Assembly: GCA_051294905.1 (NCBI GenBank)
Contig: CM119372.1
Span: forward strand, 8,744,001-8,808,000
From: Botryllus schlosseri
Taxonomy: Eukaryota
Direction of reading: 5' to 3'
Length of the DNA stretch: 64,000 nucleotides
In this document: positions 53,365 to 64,000 of the stretch, piece by piece
Layout: each line of letters begins with the position of its first letter
Position numbering within the stretch: the stretch's first letter is position 1
The notes under the pieces: generated by a model
Told to the model about the DNA's origin: nothing
Database searches by the model: none
What the model saw: the letters and a program-made list of their open reading frames with translations, nothing else
Made by a program: the position numbers and the translations under genes

Positions 53365-53721
53365 GGTGTCCGGTCAATACCAAGAATGCTATTACCGAGA
53401 ATGCTTTTACCGAGTAGGACAATACCGAGAATGGACATTACCGAGAATGGACAATACCGAGAATGGACATTACCGAGAATGCAATCTATGCAATGTTGCC
53501 ATGTTATGCATATGAGCAGGTCGTGTGTGTGCATCACGACGTTGCCACATTCGGTATCGATTCTCAGGTATATATTTCTCGACAACGTCCGTTACATTAA
53601 GCTAGATTCTTGGCATTGGCCATTCTCGGTAATGTCCGTTTTCGGTAATGTCCATTCTCGGTAATAACATTCTCGGTAATGTCCATCTCGGTAACAGCAT
53701 TCTCGGTAATAGTATGGAACC
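53365..53721. mobile_element. foldback/Mutator-like MITE with inverted subterminal minisatellite arrays
   Basis: Tandem ttaccgagaatg(gaca/cta) units on the left and their reverse complements on the right; GG...CC ends; direct repeat gtttggaa at 53357-53364 and 53722-53729. Confidence 0.8.
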
Positions 53722-55529
53722 GTTTGGAAAAGTTTCCTCGCGTGTCCTTATAATCCAGCTATAGTTGCGATGGCCAACGTTGCCGCACTTCGATACAATT
53801 CTGTAACACGGAGTGAAGTTATGTAATGTACAATGTTCTATGCTGAACGTTAGCTGTTGATTATTAATAACATTATTAGTCAATGGCGGTCTTTGAGCGA
53901 ATACTGCATTTGGCTATTTGTACGAAAAAAGTAAACGAATTTGAATTGCCTCATCTTGGCGAATACTACGACGAAACATTTGAACGGATATTTTGGCTGC
54001 TGATGCTGTGTCTTGTCTCGGTAACGTGTATTTTTCAGGAATCTCGAGTCAATCCTAGGTCACGTTACAATTTTGCATCGTGTACATTAATGGGTATGGT
54101 ATTAATTGTTGAACGGACGATGCCCTGTGTATATCTTCAACAGAGAGCAGCCGTGCAACTATTCGAAATATTTTCACAGGCGCCAAACAAGTTATGCATA
54201 ATCTGGCAATGATCATTGATCCCGTATCTCTTTTTTAATCGCCAAGTTTCTTGGTGCAATTCTACATTAATCCACAGGAGGGCTAAAACTTCTATTTTTT
54301 CGCCATTTTCGGATCAGTCTAATCAGTCAGAAATTTTGAGTACGAAATTTTCCTGGTACCGACACAGACGAGCTGCCTATAAGTGATGCGTCCGGCCGTG
54401 TGTCTACACTCGACACACGCCAGCCCGAGGTCAAGGAACAGAACACATTGATAAAATGATGTAATCGGTTAATCGCACGCTGTTATCGGTCGCCGTGGAT
54501 TTATGGAGGCCACAGTACAGATTGAGTTGAATAATTACAACTGGCGGAAACACCAACACTGTCGATTACGCGCACGACGGGATCAAAACAAAACCTTGCG
54601 TGGAAATCTTTTCATGTGATTATTTTCTAAAAGTTACTTATTGTGATGTGTACAAAGTAACCTGGTAGCAATATCAGCCATGACCTCATTGAAGGAATCG
54701 GATCATTGTTTGTTTTCATTGACAACACATGAAGGAGAGAGATGACTTGCTTCAAGTTGTTTGACCCGGTACACGGAGATTGTCGCGATTAGATTTTGCG
54801 AATTACTATACTCACGGCGTACTTGCTATTTTACGCGATGGATTTTACGAAGAAAGATGCAACATGTAGATCGCGCGTTACTCATACTATTCATCAGTTT
54901 TATGAGATCCTTCGCTTTCGGTGGATTAAGAATGATTTTCAATTGATATTTTGTAGTCCAACACAATGGAGCTTTGGAGAGTGTAATGATTGGAGGACGT
55001 CAATTGAAAGCTACTGACAGTGGTGCATTGTTGGTTGCTGTGGGCTCCATAGTAAATCGACGAGAAATAGTAAATAAAAAATACAATCGGTTTACGGCTT
55101 TTACAAGTACAGCGACTGAGGAGTTGCGTGTATTACTATCATCAAGTCACAATCTGCATCAAGATATTCTTAACTGCATGTGGCAATATAAATAGCAATG
55201 TTCGAATGCTTCATTTGCGTAACGCCTTCACAATATGTTGGTACCAGGGTTACCAGGCACAAGCTAGTCGTGAGTGCACGGTATCCTTTCTCCGCGGTCC
55301 ACTGAGCTCTCAATGGTTTGCCTCAACTATATAGGCGTTATTCATGATTACCACAGAAATTCACTCCTCGGAGAAAATGCTGAGTCTCTTTCCTAAACTA
55401 TAATCTGGGACTGGTAGACTAGGAATATTGACATATCTCTAGCGGGGTAGAGGTGTGCAGATTCAGCCTTTGCCTTAATAATTTATTTCTTGTCCAGGCA
55501 TAGCAATAGCTGTAAACCTGTCTGATTAA

Positions 55530-55982
55530 CACTTTGACTGCCAACAATCCTAAATATAGGATTTTACTCAATCCCATAAACTGCCAGCGATCCTATATTT
55601 AGGATATTTTTGAAATGAGTACAGTAAAGTACGGAATTGGTTCTATCCCCGGATTACGGCTGTATCCGAGGCTACTGAATAGGCTTGTTGTCATAAACCC
55701 CCATTTTCGTTGCCGGAAGTATTTTTTTTAAATCACATTTGCATACAATAGGTCAACTTTTTTTGGTTTGACCACTAGGTGGCTTTTCATAAAATGAGCA
55801 GCAAAAAAATTGAATTATTTTTATAATTCCTTGATGTTGGAAAAAAAAATTTTTTTCATAAGTTGCGCAAGGTTTGCACTTATCAGCACGCCCGATTCCA
55901 GCGAAATATCCAACTAGTCGAAAATTCATTGTTCGCTGGCGTTTACTGGCAATTTCCATAATAGGCCTTGGCAGCTAAAGTG
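55530..55982. mobile_element. TTAA-flanked (piggyBac-type) MITE
   Basis: TIRs cactttgactgccaa/ttggcagctaaagtg (13/15 match) with TTAA on both sides. Confidence 0.75.
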
Positions 55983-56134
55983 TTAAAGGCTCCATAGTTT
56001 TGAAAATCCGCCTTAAGCTAGATGCCATAGCTTCTTAATATCGGCTGAATATATAAGGGTTATCGGCGAAGGTGCTATAGTTATCTGCTTTGTCGGCATG
56101 GGCTAAAAAAGCAGATATCGGTCGGGCTTAAATC

Positions 56135-56385
56135 CATATCGTCGCTGTGGGAGCTAATTTTTCAAATTCAGAGATCCACAAAATTTCGAGAAAATCAAGT
56201 TTTTGTAAAATTTTCATTTTTTTCGGCCATATCTTGGCCATGTTCGTCACGTTGCTTTAACGTTAACCATGGCTGAGATATGACCGAGAGAAAATGAAAT
56301 CTTTGCAAAAACGTAATTCTCTCAAAATGTGTAAAATGGATAATGGACTGAAGCTATACTCTGATTCCACGGCAACGATTTATAA
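56135..56385. repeat. long imperfect palindrome (foldback MITE)
   Basis: ttttcatttttttcggccatatcttggccatg pairs with catggctgagatatgaccgagagaaaatgaaa around a centre near 56255. Confidence 0.65.
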
Positions 56386-56489
56386 GTATGATTTCGATTT
56401 TCAAGCACGGCCTGCAGATCCCACCATGGCTAAGAGTAGAAGGGATACACCTGCCCCTGTTGCGAGCTTATGAAAAAGCACCGTTTATT

Positions 56490-58005
56490 CTTATTTCTTC
56501 AGACCCACCCAGTATTCGCAGCATTCCATACGTGGTGCCTGAGAGTTCAAAGAGTCACCAGTATAGCTCGATCCATATCGGTCTCCGTAGAAATATCAGG
56601 ATCGGCCAACTCAGGTCGATATTTATCGGCCTGTTCAATGAGATCATCACTCCTACATCCTACAATGATTTCATGTGAGATGGTCTACCTATACACTCTA
56701 CAGTACTATTGGATTGATTTATGAGGACCGCACGTATGCGGATTAAAATTCTCAAATGTTGTGTTTTCTGAACTACAATCAGGGTTGCAATGACTTGAGT
56801 CAGACTCGAGTCGCAATTTTTCGTTGACTCGGCTTGACTCGAGTCAATTTGCGTATTGACTCGACTAGTACTCATGTCATTGCGCATGACCACACCAAAT
56901 CATATCACTCGAGAGTTTGTTTGTCTATTTTTTGGGGTATTCATGGTGTTTGTCGACTACTATGGTCATTTACACCAGGCCGATATTCTTCTTTTTTTCC
57001 GTAACTTGACTTGACTCGAGTCGAAACAATAAAAATAAAATTGACTTGTGACTCGGAACCTTGTGACTTGGTTACAGCCCTGGCCGTAATGTGTGCCTCT
57101 GGCGGATTTTGATTGTAAATAAACCAAGTTTTTTTTTCAAATTTATGCCCCTTATTAGAACTTCTTAATTTGATACCGGCCGAAAACATCGGCTTGTCAG
57201 CAAAAATATGTGATATCGTTATCGGGTCAAAATTCCGATATCGGTAGGGCTTTAGTCGTCCGTAGGCACCATTAGAAATTTGGCACCGTTTGTAATACGA
57301 TTGTAATAAAGCTAATGTAATCCATTGGAAAACTTAATTTCCATGTCTTCACTATGTCGTGTAGACTTCACTACGTCGACATATTTAATTCATTATCATT
57401 GTTTTGTAACGAACGAATTATATTCCGTCGAAATTTCGAAGAAAATCATTTCTGAAAATGTGAATATATCGTATTGGTTAATCCGACGCATATAGGATAT
57501 AGCTGACATGTTATATGTTTAGATTGGCGAAGTATGGACCAACATGAACATTTTTTGTTCTGATCAAATGGCGCCTTATTCGGAATATCATTGTGTTACG
57601 ACGGTGAAGCTACATGATCATCAGAAAACATCCGATCTTGCCGAGCTTAAGAACGACTAAGTCAAAACACATTTAAAATCGGATATATTTAGCGATATTA
57701 GCTGACAAATGAATGCTTCTCTTGTCAACATTTTTCGATACATTCAATTATACACGATTTATTTAAATAATCACGCAATAACCTCACGAAGCTGAATATA
57801 TTGCAGGTCATCACAGAATCATCAGATCGGAGACATTATGCAGGTTCCTTACAGAGTATAGACATGCGCAGCGTGAGTATCCTGTATGCATATCAGGTTA
57901 ATTTTGAATGAAAGTTCTTTCAAAACGAAACTTTTCGAAATATTTCCATTTAAATTTCGTTTTCTCGGTGTTTGAATGAGAACAACAGTTGCAGTCATCA
58001 CGCTG
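56490..58005 (-). pseudogene. putative decayed ionotropic glutamate receptor-like gene, copy B
   Basis: Pre-M1-like TVVLIQTPRKRN...SFVLKELSFKINLICI (~57990-57885), M3-like MFML..*TYNMSAISYM..DIFTFSEM (~57551-57450), and pre-M4/M4-like HEIIVG..DISTET..GTTYGMLRILGG (~56675-56500). Spacing mirrors copy A. Confidence 0.3.
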
Positions 58006-58249
58006 TGTGCGTGGCGATCAACTGATCAGTGATCATGGTCAGAGTGGAATTTTTCTCCTTCTCGCATTCTTGATGCATTCTCTTCCTGGGCCCTTCCGCA
58101 CTTCAGTCTTAAAATTGGACAACTTTTTCTCTGTACTTTGATTTGTTCGCAATAAGGGCTGGGCAAATTCGAATACTTGAGTGATTCGATTCTGAATCAC
58201 GTATTATGCGTCGATTCGAGTCGAGTATTCGAGTATCACTCATTATGAC

Positions 58250-58764
58250 TAGGGCTGGGCACAATGATTCGAGTACTCGAATCTGAATCGAGTTTCAATT
58301 GTAATGATTCGAGTCGAGTAGTAAAAGATGAGTTTTTCGAGTACTGAAATTATGCGCTCCTCACACCTAAAAGTTAATTTACCATCGAGAATTATAGTTT
58401 TGATACCATTTTCCACTGAGGAAGCCTTGAAACCTTGATTGGTCGTGTCGCAGCCTACGAGACATAGTACAAAGCTACGAACGTTACTGGAAATAACATA
58501 TTTTAAAAGTCATCATCATCCCACAACATTGTCGACAAGAGCAATGAAATCGGTATGGTCGAAACAATACCAAAGTATTTTTAATGTGACGGATAACAGG
58601 CATTATATTCTTTGTGGTGGGATAAAAGGTACATTTTTAAACTTTGACATATTATATTCTGTTGTGACGTCATAATGAGTGATACTCGAATACTCGACTC
58701 GACTCGAAGCGTTTTACGTGATTCAGAATCGAATCACTCAGGTACTCGGTTTTGCTCAGCCCTA
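58250..58764. mobile_element. hAT-type MITE inserted into its own family member
   Basis: TIRs tagggctgggca/tgctcagcccta; perfect TSD attatgac at 58242-58249 and 58765-58772. Confidence 0.85.
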
Positions 58765-59410
58765 ATTATGACGTGATAACAGAATGTAATATGTCTAAGT
58801 TCAAATATTGCAACGAACAACACATTCATATTCGCAATTTATTCACTCTAAGCTAAGTAGTATTATTTACAATTATACGTGCCGCTGCGACAGTCGGTAT
58901 GTGGGTCGTACTTCACTTCGTTTACAACAAAGAATCAACCAACATGTGCCCAAGCAGATTAGAAAACCTGACGTCAATGCTATTTCAGACAGTCAATCGC
59001 AGACAAGTAACCCTTTCTTGCGAGACTATGATCAGACCATGGCATGTAACTCTGCAATAGGTCAGCACCTTACGCATCAGGAGTGTGCAAAATCGTATAA
59101 CGATAACAGATTTTCAATTCTTGCTCGCGGACGTAGTCTGTTCCATTTAAGGGTTCTGGAAGCGACTATAATAAAACTCGGGCCACCGATTCTTTGTCGG
59201 CAAAAGGACCGACTCTATTCTCTCCGTGTATTTCATTAGTGTTGCGTCTCTGGCTTATATCATAGCCAATTTGTATTGCACTAATTGAATTTTTGCTTAA
59301 TTCTCTCGTTTTGTGAATTCTCTTCTTGTTGTTTTTACACCATTCTTACGTCAGACTACCTGTATTTCATCTTTATATTTCGAATTGCAATGTCCGTATT
59401 TACTGACGGC

Positions 59411-59444
59411 CACTCCCGACGAGGGTCAGTTGAAAAGCTTAGAG
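59411..59444 (+). ncRNA. degenerate minimal type I hammerhead ribozyme of the Penelope-like element
   Basis: cactc-CCGACGA-gggtcagtt-GAAA-agct-TA-gag(tg): stem I cactc/gagtg once the MITE is removed, with a palindromic stem III. The core has a U-to-C change and stem II lacks its 3' arm. Confidence 0.55.
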
Positions 59445-59730
59445 CAGTGGTTCTCAACCTGGGGGGGGGGGCGTGAAAGCATCTGAAGGGGGGCGCGAAG
59501 AAGCGGTCAACTGCGCGATTTACCTCCAATTCAAGCGTGTTTCTCTTTCTATATAGACCGAATTTCATATTTTTGAATTCTCTCATCAACAGTCATAACC
59601 TTCCATGCTATCAAACAACCTGTTGGGGTTGCTAGCATCCCGGTTGGATTTTGTGATAGGATGATAAGGGGAGCGCGAAATTTTTCACTATCATAAAGGG
59701 GGCGTGTCTAAAAAAGGTTGAGAACCACTG
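59445..59730. mobile_element. hAT (Charlie-like) MITE
   Basis: TIRs cagtggttctcaacc/ggttgagaaccactg; TSD gcttagag/gcttggag. A related copy lies at ~63443-63678. Confidence 0.85.
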
Positions 59731-60639
59731 GCTTGGAGTGAATAAATTGCGAATATGAATGTGTTGTTCGATGCAATATTCAAATTATGTACCACAAGGA
59801 ACCTATTTAAGTGCAAATATGTACCATTTATGGCACCACAAAAGAATATAATTTCTGTTATCCATCACATTAACCATACTTGGTATCTTTTCGGCCATAC
59901 CGATTTCATTGCACTTTCTGACAATGTTGTGGGATGATCATGACTTCGGAAATGTGGCATTTCTAGCAACGTTCGTAGCTTTGTACTAGTACTTTCGGCC
60001 CTGTTTTGTATGCTGCAGTACGACCAATCATAGTTTCATGGCTTCCACAATGGAAAATAGCATCGAAGCTACAAATCTTCGTTGATAAATCAACTTTCAA
60101 TGGCGAGAACCGTATAATTCCAGTACTCGAAAAATCGTATTTGACTACTCGACTCGAATCATTAAAATTAATGCTCGATTCAGAGTCGAGTACTCGAATC
60201 ATTGTGCTCAGCCCTGCATAGTGCATATGTCTCGTGTCTGTTTTCCCGTCGATCTCATCTCCGTGTTACTTATCCACATGCCTGGAAAATCACTCGATTG
60301 TCGATGATATGTTTGATCTCGCGACATTTAACATCCGTATATCTTGTTGAATGTTGACTATACCATTTCACACACACCACAGCTCTCAGACCCGAAGCAC
60401 AATCCGAAAATACGCGTGTGATCGAAGACCTTGTCTCTACGGCAATCATATTCAATGTGTTCGACTTTTCGACATTGTATCATTGATAGCCTACATATCG
60501 AAGTCAGAGGTAAGTAACATTAAGTAGCCTACATTGGAGGTGAGAATATACATGATCCAATATCCTGGACAATATCACTTGACGAAATCCAGTAATAGAC
60601 TACGATAATTCTGCTGTTTCGATTCCTCGGAGGCCTAGG

Positions 60640-60892
60640 AGCGAGATAGTTTAATGGTTATGCGTCCGGCTTCTCGAGCGGTAGGTCATGGGTTCGATCC
60701 CCGGCCGGGTCACACCAAAGACTCGAAAATTGGTATCCGCAGCTATCCTGCTATCACGGATAGCATGGAGGAGAAAATAACGGGGGCGCAGACTAGATGA
60801 CCTCATGGGGCCGTATCGCAACTCCGTCGTCAAAGCATCTCGATGGTGCAGGCGAAAAAGAATACCATATCTCTCTCTCTCTCTCTCTCTCT
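60640..60892 (+). mobile_element. tRNA-derived SINE with (CT)n tail
   Basis: A-box-like tagtttaatggt, B-box gggttcgatccc, body gggtcacaccaaagac...attggtatcc, and a (CT)n tail at ~60870-60892. Confidence 0.8.
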
Positions 60893-63267
60893 AACATGTT
60901 CGTGACACACCAAACCCTGCAAGCTAACCTCAGCAGGAGACTTGAGGAGCAATGAGCAACGCCACGTCCGTTCTTCCAATACTTTGCCTTCCGTTGGGTT
61001 ATCGAATTCATTGTGAAACGCTCTTTCTCCCAGTGCACACTATAAACCAATAGGATGGTTTTGAGTCATTCCATCTCAAATTCCATTACATCTCGCGAAT
61101 TTATATGTCACGAACCGGAAAATATTCAAGCTTTGAGATGGTCGTTGATATTGACGAATTAGCGATCTTTTCGCGATCATCATAAAGCCCGGCAATTCAA
61201 GGGATGTAGAACATATGCTTCATGTCTTGCGATAATGAATAAACATTGTATACTTACCGGACTGTCATGTCAATACCGCTCACTAATGTTCACCGATCCG
61301 TATTAAGTTATCTTTTGATGTGAAGACGACTTTCACAATTTGACGAACAGATCTCTCACGTCTGTTAGCGGATAAGAATGATGTTTTTTCAAGGGCGCAG
61401 TCAATGGCATTTCCGTGTCATTGAAATCCAACTGTCGCTCTGTCAAGTACTCATAATGAAGCCCAAGACTACGAAGAGCTAGTCTGAGCCACACCTCACC
61501 TGGAGAGTATGTATATAGTTGTTTACCAAGGACTCTAGTTGAGAATTATTTGGAGCAAAGATTCTTGCGAACTTTCATATCGTATTCGCCCTCATAGCTA
61601 ACCGCATGACACATTTCATTGAGTCAACTTCTTTCTCTGGTTATATGTTTTTAAATCAGCAATACGCTCGCAAAGGATGGGCGGCGAATCATTGTGATAG
61701 TTATCGAGGTGCTTTGATTTTGCCTAATACTATTCCAAGAAATGTTGTGAATTAACGGGAGTACCATGAAAAAGGCATTATACTCCATGATGAGTAGTTA
61801 TGTACTGAAGGCTAGTCTTAAATGTTGCCTTTCGTGTGGTCTGGATTTAAACAGCAATTTATGTCTTCAGCTCTGTGGCAGATGTTTGTCGGAACACATG
61901 TAACAAGTGGTATCTCAGGAAACACAGTGTTCGTTTGATTACTTCGCTATCAATCTGAGTGAGTTGACATGATATTCGAAATTGCGACCTACAGATCACC
62001 CGGATCAACGTTCCATGTAACATGAGTCTCACCTAAACGATCGTAAAACACGCCAATCATCTACGCCTGGCTATTGTAATGACACCTATTATGTTGGAAG
62101 CTGGGTTTTTGAACAATACTATATCAGATGGCCTGATATAACCCGTTAGTGGTGGCACATGGGTGTGTGACTTGACTCTGCGAGCGTTGGTAAAAGGCCT
62201 CGTTCTATAATCTAACTTTACCTTACCTATCTCACGCCATGCGCGTGACTCGGAACATTTGTGAGTGAACGTCAAACGTGAAAGGCTCCTTAGTGCTTGA
62301 AGACCCTTGTGATCGCATTGTAGTCTTATATCACAACCAACAGCGCAGAATTCCCTACTTTCGCGAGATCATTCAGAATTTATCCGCTGAGCATTGTTAA
62401 GAATATCCTGCGACTGAGGAATAGAGACAAGTCATTTGCAGCATGAGGATTGTTCTTAGCAGTGTCGAAGTTGACAATAAGCAGAATACAATGCCGTATC
62501 CTAGTTATATCAAAGGTTAGCATTGGCAAAGGTTTTTAGAGTTCAAACGCGCTACCCTAAGTCACCACGGCGACTTTGTTGCTATGTTTGCATTGGTGTG
62601 TAATCATGTAATTGAATAGTGCTTTCAACTTTCTAGGAAAGGTCGGCATCCCTGGCACGAAGCATCCCGTTATCTATTTCTAATTCGTATCGCGGAAACG
62701 AATTACAACGATATCTAGTTTCAAGAAGAATACATGTGCTGAACATATACTGTCGTTTTACATGAGCTACACAACAGTCAGTTACCGTATTTAGGAACAT
62801 CAATACAAAAGATCATGAGTCTTGATGAGACGTCCAGAATAGGAAACCAATGTCTACCACCAACCAATCTGCATAATCGTCCATTGGTTTCTCGTATAAT
62901 AAATTATATATTATATGTATATTTAGAGAAAAATTAGTATTCTGCAATCGGTGCAAGATGTGGAGAATACTTTTCTCCTATTTCTTGCTGTGCAATTTAT
63001 CATCCAACGGAGGTAAAACAGCACGAATGGGACGTAGTAGAAATGCCTGTGCTGAACTTGGTAGTGAATGCCGTTGCAAACGAGGGAAGCACAATGAGCA
63101 AAACATCATCTGCACAAAACAGAATTGCATGAAAAGGCTGCCCACGAGAGAAGTGCCGAAGGAACAGGCCGGGAAAGTCGTCAGCTTGCTTGTAACAAAG
63201 TAACTATGTCGTTTTCAAACATTCCCTCTGTATTGTGTCTGTGGCAAGTGGCAACTGTATTAACGTC

Positions 63268-63410
63268 AGAGTTGGATCAATTGTAATTTGTAATTGAGCT
63301 GAATGTAATTATTACATTTTTTCATGTAATTGTAATTGTAATTGAAGCATTTGTAATTTGTGTAATTGTAATTGTAATTTGATGAACATTTTGCAGAATT
63401 ACAATTCCAA
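63268..63410. repeat. GTAATT-rich repeat (probable MITE end)
   Basis: Reiterated tgtaattgtaatt after cagagttgg. Confidence 0.55.
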
Positions 63411-64000
63411 TTTCATTGTTATGGAAACCTGACAATCACAACCTGAAAGCATCTGAAGGGGGGCGCGAAGCTCCGGTAAACTGAAATTTTTTCCGCGCTT
63501 GGCGCGAATTTCATATTGGAGAATTCTCTCATCAACAGTCATAACCTTCCATACCATCAAACTATCTGTAAGGATTGCTAACATTCTGATTTCATTGTGT
63601 GATATGACGATAAGGGAGGCACGAAATATTTCACTGTTATAAAGAGGGGCGTGTCTGAAAAAGTTGAAGAACATGTGGGCTAAACTAAATCTTAATAATT
63701 CAAAAATGGATGAACAGCAAATAAACTCTTCTGAAACCTGTGCTGAACCATTTTCTACACCACGGTCAGAGTTTTTTGGCCAGTACCGAGGCTTGCCGCA
63801 ACAACTGCAAAACGAAATTCAAATTTCCAACAAAGGCTTTAGCAAACTTGATCACGTATTTGTTGAGATGTTATCCCAATCTTACTTCCAATCTTGGCAA
63901 AATTTTCTGGGGCCAGAAACTTTTCGCACCCTAATGTTCATCAAATGCAATCTAACAGTTTCCGAGCAAGTGAAAATGTAAATGCGAACCAAAATGTTGT

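Larger units (their letters stand above)
58802..59780 (+). mobile_element. 5'-truncated Penelope-like retroelement (GIY-YIG endonuclease end and pLTR)
   Basis: IIYNYTCRCDSRYVGRTSLRLQQRINQH...SAIGQHL...C...FSIL...LEATII...P.LCRQK is a PLE-type GIY-YIG domain. 58802-58854 is an inverted copy of the element's 3' end. Confidence 0.85.
58155..60216. mobile_element. outer GATTC-family MITE hosting three nested insertions
   Basis: Ends agggctgggc...gctcagccctg; its pieces continue the reverse complement of the inner copy at 58250-58764. Confidence 0.7.

Noticed and set aside
53359..53883. LPRM-repeat proteins on both strands
   Set aside because: They are translations of the inverted minisatellite arms of a MITE.
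60640..60720. tRNA genes here and at 1410-1478 and 6020-6085
   Set aside because: They have A/B boxes but no complete cloverleaf, and they continue into SINE bodies (with a simple-repeat tail here and a TSD at the 1199-1478 copy).

Overview
AT-rich animal genomic DNA with spliceosomal introns and dense MITE/SINE/LINE content; it looks like an invertebrate, possibly a tunicate, but the taxon is only a guess. It is not prokaryotic and has no CRISPR array. By hand-splicing on splice signals with codon-phase checks I reconstruct four protein genes. (1) Intronless EBNA1BP2/Ebp2 (+, 6345-7298). (2) 5-exon KMT5A/SETD8 H4K20 methyltransferase (+, 8671-10648). (3) A 22-exon, ~1572-aa ephexin-family DH-PH-SH3 RhoGEF (+, 15153-39143) whose ~1050-aa N-terminus is rich in docking-protein-like Tyr and Pro motifs and which appears to use one GC-AG intron. 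(4) A 3-exon secreted beta-microseminoprotein (PSP94)-like protein with basic extensions (-, 47418-48804), which the ORF track shows only in pieces. The right third appears to hold two tandem decayed ionotropic-glutamate-receptor-like relics (-), at low confidence. It also holds a Penelope-like GIY-YIG fragment with a broken minimal hammerhead ribozyme and an inverted terminal piece, inside a multi-level transposon nest. A short 28S-rRNA-like fragment sits at the window start. All homology calls come from recalled motifs, not database searches.
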